NCBI GenBank assembly: GCA_040289575.1
Contig: PSLL01000034.1
Coordinates: 1 to 25,507 of the forward strand
Length of the DNA stretch: 25,507 nucleotides
From: Candidatus Dadabacteria bacterium
GTDB taxonomy: Bacteria > Desulfobacterota_D > UBA1144 > Nemesobacterales > CSP1-2
Direction: 5' to 3'
Part shown: one piece after another, positions 17,352-25,507 of the stretch
Layout of the letters: every line of letters starts with the position of its first letter
How positions within the stretch are numbered: position 1 is the first letter of the stretch
Position numbers and translations under genes: made by a program
Notes under the pieces: generated by a model
Told to the model about the DNA's origin: nothing
Databases searched by the model: none
The model's input: only the letters and a program-made list of their open reading frames with translations

Positions 17352-18518
17352 ATGGCCATTAAATGGGCAAAGAGGATTGAAACCCTCCCCCCCTATCTCT
17401 TTGCTGAAATAGACGCGAAAAAGCAGGAGATGAGAGCCAAGGGCGTAGACCTAATAGATCTGGGCATAGGAGACCCTGATATTCCGACGCCTAGGAATAT
17501 AATTGATGCCCTAAAGCAGGCAGCGGAAGATCCTACAAATCACAGATACCCTTCCTATGAAGGAATGCCTGCATTTAGAGAGGCCGCAGCGAAGTGGTAT
17601 AAGGAGCGGTTCGGTGTAGAAGTTGATTATAGAAGTGAGGTTGTAACCCTTATAGGGTCGAAAGAGGGAATAGCCCATGCCCCTCTTGCCTTTATAGACC
17701 CTGGAGACATAGTCCTCGTTCCCGACCCCGGATACCCTGTCTATAATGTTGCAACCAGCTTTGCGGGTGGAATACCCTATTTAATGCCGCTGATCAAAGA
17801 AAACAGCTTTCTTCCAGACCTGGATGCCATACCAGAGGATATAAGAAGAAAATCAAAGCTCATGTTCATAAACTACCCCAATAATCCCACATCCGCCGTA
17901 GCGGATAAGGGGTTCTTTAAAAAAGTTGTAGATTTTGCATTAAAATACGGTATACTTGTTTGTCATGATGCGGCTTATACTGAAGTCGCATTTGATGGAT
18001 TCAGCCCGCCGAGCTTCCTTGAGGTTGAGGGGGCAAAAGAGGTGGGTATGGAATTCCATTCACTCTCTAAAACATTTAACATGACAGGATGGAGGATCGG
18101 GTTTGCCGCAGGAAACCAAAAGGCAATATCCGGACTTGGAAAAATAAAGACTAATATAGACTCGGGAGTGTTTCAGGCCATTCAGATTGCGGGGATGGAG
18201 GGCCTAAAGAACTATTCCCTCGGTATGTCTGAGAGAAAGAGGATTTATGAGGATAGGCGCAATGCATTCTGCCAGGGTCTTGATGAGATTGGAATCAAAT
18301 ATTACCCTCCAAAGGCGACCTTTTATATCTGGTTTGAGGTTCCGGAGGGATTTTCCTCAAAGGAGTTTACAGAAAAGCTTCTTACAGAAGCCGGTATAGT
18401 AGTTACGCCCGGCGTAGGATTTGGGAGATACGGAGAGGGATACATCCGTGTGTCAATTACGATTGGGAAGGAAAGACTCGTTGAAGCGGTAGAGAGACTC
18501 AAGAACGTGAGGTTTTAA
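17352..18518 (+). CDS. dapL: LL-diaminopimelate aminotransferase (class I/II PLP)
   Basis: [61 protein letters not shown]. Confidence 0.85.
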   Translation: MAIKWAKRIETLPPYLFAEIDAKKQEMRAKGVDLIDLGIGDPDIPTPRNIIDALKQAAEDPTNHRYPSYEGMPAFREAAAKWYKERFGVEVDYRSEVVTLIGSKEGIAHAPLAFIDPGDIVLVPDPGYPVYNVATSFAGGIPYLMPLIKENSFLPDLDAIPEDIRRKSKLMFINYPNNPTSAVADKGFFKKVVDFALKYGILVCHDAAYTEVAFDGFSPPSFLEVEGAKEVGMEFHSLSKTFNMTGWRIGFAAGNQKAISGLGKIKTNIDSGVFQAIQIAGMEGLKNYSLGMSERKRIYEDRRNAFCQGLDEIGIKYYPPKATFYIWFEVPEGFSSKEFTEKLLTEAGIVVTPGVGFGRYGEGYIRVSITIGKERLVEAVERLKNVRF

Positions 18519-18556
18519 AATCTAAAAATTCGCAAAACCCCCGCTCTTAAAACCAA

Positions 18557-20189
18557 ATGAACCTAGAAACCTTAACCCTAATAGCTAAAATACTTGTAAC
18601 ATCCGTATATCTGATTACATTTGGACTTCTTTGTGTATTGGGACTCCATAGATACTATCTTGTCTATATCTTTAACAAGCATAAAACCGAGATTCCCAAA
18701 CCCAAAGGCAGGTTTAAGGAACTGCCGAAGATTACAGTTCAGCTCCCGATATACAATGAGATGTATGTGGTAGAAAGGCTGATTTCCACCGTTTGTAAGA
18801 TTGACTATCCGAAAGAGCTCTTGGAGATTCAGGTGCTTGATGATTCAACCGATGAGACCACGGAGATTGCTGAAAATTGTGTCAATTCATATAAAGCCCT
18901 GGGCTTTCAAATACACTATATTCATAGAGATAATAGAAAAGGGTTTAAAGCCGGAGCCCTAGAGGAGGGGCTTAAATCCGCAAGCGGCGAACTCATCGCG
19001 ATATTCGACGCCGATTTTATTCCTCCAAAGGACTTTCTACAAAAAACGGTGCACTTTTTCTCCGACCCCAAGATAGGGATGGTTCAGGTAAGATGGGGTC
19101 ATGTAAATCTCAACTATTCCGCGCTTACAAAAGCCCAGTCGGTTCTCCTTGACGGACACTTCATAATAGAGCAGGCATCGAGGTTTTATGGAAGGAGATT
19201 TTTTAATTTCAATGGCACCGCGGGGGTTTTAAGGAAAAAATGCATAGAATCCGCCGGAGGATGGCAGCACGACACACTCACTGAAGACCTGGACCTCAGC
19301 TACAGGGCGCAGCTCAAGGGATGGAAATTCATATATCTCAAAGACGTAGTAGAGGAGGCCGAACTCCCTGGATATGAACGCATTCAAGTCACAACAGCAC
19401 CGCTGGGCAAAAGGAGCCATACAGACCGCAAAAAAACTCCTTCCCCAGATACTCAAGAGTAAAGAGCTTCCATTGAGGATTAAAACCGAAGCCGCATTTC
19501 ATCTGCTGGGTAATTTTTCTTATGTGTTTCTTCTGATTCTCCTATTTTTAATGTTCCCTATGGCATATTTCTGGCACAGTATTGGATGGGAAAATGTGAT
19601 ACTAATAAACCTATTTGCCATATCCGCAGGCACATTGAGCGTTATAAGGTTCTACGTAGTTACACTAAAGGAAGTCTATGGGAAAAAATGGATAAGCTAT
19701 GTGAAATACATCCCGATTTCATTTGCACTTGGAGCCGGGATTGCTATTAACAACTCAAAAGCCGTATTCGAGGCACTTTTTGGTAAGCCATCCGAATTTA
19801 AACGGACACCCAAGCTTGCCGTGACATCAAAGGGAGACAATTGGCGTACGAGAAAATACACCGCTCCAAAGGATTTAACCACTCTGTTAGAACTCGGAGT
19901 GGGATTTCTCTTCCTGTTTCAAATGTTCTACGCTGTTTTCATGAAGCACATAGGCTGGATTCCGTTTCTCGTCATTATCCAAGTTGGGTTTTTCTATACG
20001 TCTTTGCTTTCGATCTTTCACAGCTTGAGAAAACAGCCGATGAGAATAAACCCCCTTGGCAGCCTCACCCCAAAGCCCGCGTTTACAGAACAGATCGGAG
20101 ACCAAATTAAATCGAGTGGAAACGATGTAATTGCCGCTCTCAGATCAAAGTCTATGATTCCAAAGCAGGGGAATCCATTTAATCTCTAA
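18557..20189 (+). pseudogene. Processive GT2 glycosyltransferase (cellulose-synthase-like), split by a frameshift at about 19370
   Basis: Upstream frame: QLPIYNE, QVLDDS, GFKAGAL, FDADF, TEDLD; downstream frame: QQHRWAKG (QxxRW) and TM helices; junction GAA CTC CCT G GAT ATG. May be a sequencing error. Confidence 0.85.
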
Positions 20190-21351
20190 TTGCCTCAATC
20201 ACACAATCTATAAACCTTTTAAATGCCGCCTGAAACCCATCCGATATGTTATAGCTCCTTGACATTTGTCTTTCTAAATTCGCCGCATCCCGGCTCTCCA
20301 CACTAAATGGATATTCATGAATACCGAGTCTTAAACCCTCATCTATCCAGCCGAGGTTCTTCTCCATCCCCAGAATCGGAATTACATTATCGTTCTCGCC
20401 GCCTATTATCTTGACCCTCCCTCTTAGTCCTTTGAGTTTGGAATCAATCACATATCTATCACCCAAAAAAACAGCCTTAAACAGGAACGCCTCTTCCGTA
20501 TTCATAAACGGAAATCCCTCTCCATTTTTATAAAAATCAACTAACCTCCTAGTTGCATTTATATCGAGTATAAGAGGGCTTACCGGGTTTGCGTTTAAAT
20601 TAGGATTTTCATTGTTTATTGCGGCCCCTGAGCAGAATATGATGAGTCTGGATTGAGAGAAAACAGGTTCATCCTCCTTTCCCATAATGAGAATCAATGA
20701 GAGATAGCCGCCAAGCGAGTAGCCGAGAAAGTGAACCCTTGTGCCCCTCTCAAATGGGTGAAATGTTCCGTCTCCATGTATAACGGCATACCGTCCGCTA
20801 TTTATGGAATTGCCCAAATCAAGGAGGTCCCTATATGTCTCAAGCCCGGCAAGAAAAAACCTCTCAGGATTTTTCTCAAGCCTTTCGCTTAAAACAACGT
20901 TGTAGATGGTGCATGTACCGTTTCCATACAGACCCTTTCTTGACCCTACCTTCCTCTCTAAATCCCTGGGAATAAACCACCTTCTTGGACGCCTGTTTAT
21001 GAGAAATGATATTGGGAAGATAATTGTAGGGATGCCTGACATCGCAAAGGTTGCAGCCCAGGGAAAGAATTTTCTATACTCGCTCTCGTTAAGTCCGTTG
21101 AGGATTATCAATACCTCGTCGAACCGCCTCTTCCCATCAGGAAGAAACAGGATGTAAGGGAATTGAATATTCTCTATCTCCTTTTGGTCCTCAGGGAGAA
21201 GGCATCCGGAGTTGCTGGATACAAAATCAACCTTGTATATTCCAATCCCATCCTGAACCACGGGGGGCAAATTCAGCCCGAACCTCATGCCCCTTTCCCG
21301 AAACTCTCGGTAGAGAGAATCGGCGTGGAATACATATTTGACTCTAGACAT
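20179..21351 (-). CDS. Alpha/beta-hydrolase-fold protein, DUF6051-like
   Basis: IILNGLNE..Y.KFFPWA, FPISFLINRRP, GYSLGG nucleophile elbow, candidate Asp (NDNVIP) and His (HEYPF); start ATG at 21351 overlaps the livM stop. Confidence 0.75.
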   Translation of the reverse strand: MSRVKYVFHADSLYREFRERGMRFGLNLPPVVQDGIGIYKVDFVSSNSGCLLPEDQKEIENIQFPYILFLPDGKRRFDEVLIILNGLNESEYRKFFPWAATFAMSGIPTIIFPISFLINRRPRRWFIPRDLERKVGSRKGLYGNGTCTIYNVVLSERLEKNPERFFLAGLETYRDLLDLGNSINSGRYAVIHGDGTFHPFERGTRVHFLGYSLGGYLSLILIMGKEDEPVFSQSRLIIFCSGAAINNENPNLNANPVSPLILDINATRRLVDFYKNGEGFPFMNTEEAFLFKAVFLGDRYVIDSKLKGLRGRVKIIGGENDNVIPILGMEKNLGWIDEGLRLGIHEYPFSVESRDAANLERQMSRSYNISDGFQAAFKRFIDCVIEAIRD

Positions 21352-22399
21352 GCGCTTTCTCCCTTCTCCATCCAATCCTACTGAAGACCCAGTCCCAAGA
21401 GAATTCCCATCTCCCCGTGATGCCCTTTCTAAAGAATATCATAATGAGAATGAGTATTAGGGAAAATATCACCATACGCATTCCTGGGATTCCGGGAATA
21501 AAAATACCGCCAATCCGGTGGGGCTCCTCAACCCACCTTAGGAGTTCAGACCCCCATGCAAAGATCACTGCGCCGATTATAGAGCCTGTCATGCTCCCCA
21601 ACCCCCCTGCAACAATCATGATGAGCAGATTGAATGTAAAGAAGAATGTAAATAGCTTTGGATCAATTGTCGTAAGGAGATGCGCCAGGAGTCCCCCGCC
21701 CACCCCTTGAAAGAAGGCGCTGATTATGAATGCGAGCATCTTATACCTGAATATGTTTATCCCCATCGCCTGCGCGGCGGTTTCATCCTCTCTAATGGCC
21801 TTCATCGCCCTGCCATAGCTACTCCCTACAATTCCAACTAAACAGAAAACAGTAAAGACAGCCCAACCCCAGCTCCACCAGATGTTTGTATATTGCTTAA
21901 GCCCCTTTAGCCCCAAAGAGCCATTAGTAACACTTATTGCGTTTGTCGCAAATACGCGAACTATCTCTCCAAACCCAAGTGTTACAATCGCAAGATAGTC
22001 TCCCCTTACGCGAAACACAGGAAAGCCGATCAAAAAGGCAAAGAGCACAGCAACAAAGCCCCCGATAAGAAGCGAGGGAAGGAAGGGAATGGCGATCTTA
22101 TCAAGCGGTGATATGATCGGCTCAATTATGAATGTTATCTCCTTTTCGTTGGGGGTCATTGTAAGAAGCGCAGATGTATAAGCCCCGATTACCATAAATG
22201 CATTTGGCCCCAGAGAGAATTGACCCATGACTCCATTTACCAGATTGTAGCTCGTAGAGAGGATTATGTATATTGCCGTTGTGTTTAAGACCTGAACTAT
22301 ATATGGCGATCCATAGGAGCTCACCCATTTAAGAAATCCGGTGAGAATAAGCAAACTGATAAATGTAGCCGCAGCTTTAATAATCCTTTCCCTTTCCAT
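21344..22399 (-). CDS. livM: Branched-chain amino acid ABC transporter permease
   Basis: GQFSLG, RGDYLAIVTLGFGEI, GRAMKAIREDE, GGLGSMTG. Confidence 0.93.
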   Translation of the reverse strand: MERERIIKAAATFISLLILTGFLKWVSSYGSPYIVQVLNTTAIYIILSTSYNLVNGVMGQFSLGPNAFMVIGAYTSALLTMTPNEKEITFIIEPIISPLDKIAIPFLPSLLIGGFVAVLFAFLIGFPVFRVRGDYLAIVTLGFGEIVRVFATNAISVTNGSLGLKGLKQYTNIWWSWGWAVFTVFCLVGIVGSSYGRAMKAIREDETAAQAMGINIFRYKMLAFIISAFFQGVGGGLLAHLLTTIDPKLFTFFFTFNLLIMIVAGGLGSMTGSIIGAVIFAWGSELLRWVEEPHRIGGIFIPGIPGMRMVIFSLILILIMIFFRKGITGRWEFSWDWVFSRIGWRREKAHV

Positions 22400-22404
22400 A
22401 TTTC

Positions 22405-23310
22405 CTATTCAGGTAGCTCCTCTCCCATAATTCCGGAGGGTCTAAAAAGGAGTATAAATATCAAAATAAAGAATGATATGGCGTCCCTGTAACCGGCAAA
22501 ATCCGGGAATATGGCAACGAAAGAGATCTCTATAATGCCCAGTATCAGTCCTCCAGCTGCCGCACCCACCACATTTCCAATCCCACCCAACACCGCCGCT
22601 GTAAATGCCTTTATCCCCGGCATTATTCCCATAAACGGATTTATCTGAGGATACCTCATCGCCCACATGATCCCCCCTGCTGCTGCAAGCGCAGAGCCTA
22701 CAATAAATGTAAGTGATATTATCCGATTTACATCCACTCCCATAAGCTGTGGGGTCTCAAAGTCGCGCGAGATTGCCCTCATACCTATCCCCGATTTGGT
22801 ACGATATACAAGGTAAAATGTCGCTCCAAGGAATGTAAGCGTTATCCCAAAGATCCAGATGCTCAGGCTCGGCAGTGCCACGCCTTTTATGTAAAAAACC
22901 CCCGTAAATGCATCCGGCGTTGGAAACCCCTTCGGACGCCCTCCAAAGATTACAAGCACCAGATTCTCCAAGAGAAAAGACACACCTATTGCTGTCATAA
23001 GGGCGGAGATTCGAGGAGCACCCCTCAGGGGACGATACGCAATACGCTCTATCAAAAAGCCAAGAACACTTGTGAGAACTATAGTAATTGGAAATGAAAC
23101 GTACCAACTCATATGTGGAATAACAGAGCCGAGTAATGAAAACCCGGTTAGGGCGAAAAAGGCAATATATGTGCTTACCATCATAACATCGCCGTGGGCG
23201 AAGTTTATAAGCCTAATCACACCGTAGACCATAGTGTATCCAATGGCTATAAGGGCATAGAGACTCCCCACGGATACACCGTTTATAAGCTGTTGAAAGA
23301 GAACCTCCAT
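22405..23310 (-). CDS. livH: Branched-chain amino acid ABC transporter permease
   Basis: QQLING, YALIAIGYTMVYG, INFAHG, KAFTAAVLGGIG, FRPSGIMG. Confidence 0.95.
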   Translation of the reverse strand: MEVLFQQLINGVSVGSLYALIAIGYTMVYGVIRLINFAHGDVMMVSTYIAFFALTGFSLLGSVIPHMSWYVSFPITIVLTSVLGFLIERIAYRPLRGAPRISALMTAIGVSFLLENLVLVIFGGRPKGFPTPDAFTGVFYIKGVALPSLSIWIFGITLTFLGATFYLVYRTKSGIGMRAISRDFETPQLMGVDVNRIISLTFIVGSALAAAGGIMWAMRYPQINPFMGIMPGIKAFTAAVLGGIGNVVGAAAGGLILGIIEISFVAIFPDFAGYRDAISFFILIFILLFRPSGIMGEELPE

Positions 23311-23381
23311 TTGGGCACTGTAAATTAACAGAGAAAGGAATTAAAATCAAACCTTCGACTTCAAATCAATAAAGGACGTTT

Positions 23382-23463
23382 AATTAGCCACGAATTGACA
23401 CAGATTAGCACAGATAATTTAAAAATTTCATCTGTGCTAATCTGTGTCAATTCGTGGCTAATT
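23382..23463. repeat. Perfect 34-bp inverted repeat with 14-nt loop
   Basis: AATTAGCCACGAATTGACACAGATTAGCACAGAT (23382-23415) is the exact reverse complement of 23430-23463. Confidence 0.95.
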
Positions 23464-23476
23464 CCAAAACCTGAAT

Positions 23477-24601
23477 TCATGGATTAACCGAGGCGATATA
23501 GACGAACTCGTCGCCCTTGACCTCGCGAATCACGGCGCTCTTTATGGCATTGTGATGATCATCAATCGTAATGACACCCGTAATTCCCTCAAAGCTCTTT
23601 GTCTTCTCTATTGCATCCCGAATCTTCTGAGGGTCAGCAGAACCCGCCCTCTCAATGGCATCAAGCATCATGAGGTAAGCATCTGCTCCAAGGGCACCGA
23701 GGGCATCGGGTGCGCGGTTGTATCTCTTTCGGAATATCTCTACATATTTCTTGCCAAGAGGGGTAAGAACGGCCTTTTCATCAAAATGGGTTGTGTAATA
23801 GAGCCCTTCTACCGCTTTTCCACCAATCTTTATAAGCTCAGGGGCCTCTGCGCCATCCCCTGCAATGAGAATTGATTTAATCCCAAGCTCCCTTGCCTGC
23901 TTTGCGATAAGTGAAATCTCCGTGTAATAGCCGGGGATAGCAATCACATCCGGATTCATCTCCTTAATAGTCGTAAGCTGTGCAGTAAAATCCTGGTCTC
24001 CGGACTGGTAATTCACACGACTTACAACCCTGCCCCCAAGGCTTGTAAAAGTCTTTATAAACGCGTTTGAGAGCCCCACAGAGTAGTCCTGACCTATGTC
24101 CATGAGCACCGCCGCACGTTTGGCCTTGAGATTGTTATATGCGAACTTTGCCATCGCCTCTCCCTGAAACGGGTCGATAAAGCAGGTGCGAAACACATAC
24201 CTGCGATTCTGCGTGACTATAGGGTTTGTAGAGGCGGGGCTGATGTGTGGAATATGGCTTTCTTCGGCAAAGGGAGCAATCGCAAGCGAATTTGAACTCG
24301 CAACATCCCCGATTATTCCGACTACCTTCTCCTTCTGAATCAAACGCTGAGCCGCGTTTGCAGACTCTATTTTATCGCTTTTATTGTCTAGTAAAATTAG
24401 ATCTACCCGTTTTCCCAATACAGTTGGACGCATACTCTCCCCTACCTGCATCCCCGTCCATGTCTGCTGTCCGAATGCAGCCGTTCCCCCAGTCATAGAA
24501 AGAATTACACCTATCTTTATCTTGTCCTCCGCCCGGCTTGGGGCAGAACCCAAAAACAATAGGGTAAGAACCATACCTATGATCATTCTATTCATTTGCA
24601 T
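23477..24601 (-). CDS. ABC transporter substrate-binding protein, LivK/LivJ family
   Basis: Signal peptide, IKIGV..SMTG..A.FG, FRTCFIDPFQG, DFTAQL, GITG.I; start placed at ATG 24601 after GAGGTG SD. Confidence 0.93.
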   Translation of the reverse strand: MQMNRMIIGMVLTLLFLGSAPSRAEDKIKIGVILSMTGGTAAFGQQTWTGMQVGESMRPTVLGKRVDLILLDNKSDKIESANAAQRLIQKEKVVGIIGDVASSNSLAIAPFAEESHIPHISPASTNPIVTQNRRYVFRTCFIDPFQGEAMAKFAYNNLKAKRAAVLMDIGQDYSVGLSNAFIKTFTSLGGRVVSRVNYQSGDQDFTAQLTTIKEMNPDVIAIPGYYTEISLIAKQARELGIKSILIAGDGAEAPELIKIGGKAVEGLYYTTHFDEKAVLTPLGKKYVEIFRKRYNRAPDALGALGADAYLMMLDAIERAGSADPQKIRDAIEKTKSFEGITGVITIDDHHNAIKSAVIREVKGDEFVYIASVNP

Positions 24602-24669
24602 CGCACCTCTTCCGGAAATCTTTGTCCTGATCAAAGCCTATATTTTAACACGGGTTCAATAGAGTACCT

Positions 24670-25419
24670 CTATCCTCTACTCAGTTCAAACCTAATTGGA
24701 ACCGTCACCCAACTGGAGATCGGTACTCCATTCCTCTTCCCGGGAATGAAGACCCAATCCTTAACTGCGTCAATAGCTGATTTGTCAAGTATCCCATAGC
24801 CCGACGACTTCTCTAATTCAATTTTTCCCACCCTCCCGTTTTCCAGCACAAACACCCTCAAGAGAACCACCCCTTCATACCCGCTCCTCCTGGCAATCAT
24901 AGGATAGTTGGGCTTAGGGTTTATCTTATAATCGGGATACCCAACCTCATCTCCGCCCTGCCCCAAGCCTTGGGTGCTGACCCCTTTTCCTCCCTTAGAA
25001 GAACCCATACCAGTTACTGTAGTGGACTCAGTTTCATTCGTGCGTTCACCTCTACCCTCTGTATTTTGAACGGGCTCATTTGTAGTAAATTGTGTGGCTA
25101 ACAACTCATTATCCTGTTTAATTACTTCTTTTTTCTGTGGTATCTCTTGCCTTTCCTTAATGGTACGCTTGACAATCCTTTTCTTCGGCTTTGGTTCATC
25201 CTTTGGAGGCCCTTTTGGTTTAGGCGGTTCCATAGGCTTAGTACTTCCGAACCCAGGGTCCTTGTACTGACTTATCACCCCGACTGTAATTAATTGTGGC
25301 TTTGTAATCACCGCATTAGTATGAAAGAATATAACGAATATAAAAAGGGCTGCTATGTGTAGGAATGAAGATAGTATAAAGAATATTATTAATCGAACAT
25401 GACGCATAGATATCCCCAA
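24670..25419 (-). CDS. tonB: Energy transducer TonB
   Basis: N-terminal TM with S-x3-H, Pro/Lys-rich linker, C-terminal domain (P.YP..ARR.G.EG.V, SSG..ILD, W.F.P, VPIRF). Confidence 0.92.
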   Translation of the reverse strand: MGISMRHVRLIIFFILSSFLHIAALFIFVIFFHTNAVITKPQLITVGVISQYKDPGFGSTKPMEPPKPKGPPKDEPKPKKRIVKRTIKERQEIPQKKEVIKQDNELLATQFTTNEPVQNTEGRGERTNETESTTVTGMGSSKGGKGVSTQGLGQGGDEVGYPDYKINPKPNYPMIARRSGYEGVVLLRVFVLENGRVGKIELEKSSGYGILDKSAIDAVKDWVFIPGKRNGVPISSWVTVPIRFELSRG

Positions 25420-25446
25420 CTATAAATCAAGTAGCCCATTTTTATT

Positions 25447-25507
25447 CTAAGGTTTTTCCTTAGATTGCGCGGCAATGGATATGTGTTCGGCCCCTGCCTC
25501 CTTTGCC
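25447..25507 (-). CDS. exbD: 3' end of ExbD/TolR family protein (partial)
   Basis: Hand translation ...AKEAGAEHISIAAQSKEKP*, typical ExbD C-terminus, directly upstream of tonB. Confidence 0.7.
   Translation of the reverse strand, partial: AKEAGAEHISIAAQSKEKP

Noticed and set aside
16511..24799. Antisense or alternate-frame ORFs (16511-16957, 21417-21710, 22757-23107, 23552-23875 and others)
   Set aside because: They overlap stronger genes and have no independent support.
1..25507. CRISPR array, tRNA, rRNA, transposase, integrase or known riboswitch
   Set aside because: No repeat-spacer series or recognisable signatures by eye; an Rfam/tRNAscan run would be needed to exclude divergent RNAs.

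Overview
A 25.5 kb bacterial chromosomal window from a diderm organism (TonB/ExbD, outer-membrane barrel). Gene style suggests a deltaproteobacteria-like lineage such as Desulfobacterota/Dadabacteria, but that is inference. Most content is housekeeping on the minus strand: MBL hydrolase, a 55-aa DUF1328 gene missing from the ORF track, AI-2E transporter, probable porin, nadA-nadC-(Zn ADH)-nadB, glnD, O-methyltransferase, PduO-type adenosyltransferase, livK/H/M-type ABC genes followed by a DUF6051-like hydrolase, tonB and the end of exbD. Plus strand: MidA-type methyltransferase, dapL and a frameshifted GT2. The best signals are non-coding: (1) a duplicated sigma-54 promoter module with tandem TGT-N10-ACA-like enhancers before DUF1328 and AI-2E; (2) a decayed integron-cassette-like pseudogene with an attC relic at 14.3-14.9 kb; (3) mutually exclusive pairings over the nadA Shine-Dalgarno; (4) a perfect 34-bp inverted repeat in the liv operon. 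No rRNA, tRNA, CRISPR, integrase or transposase was seen.
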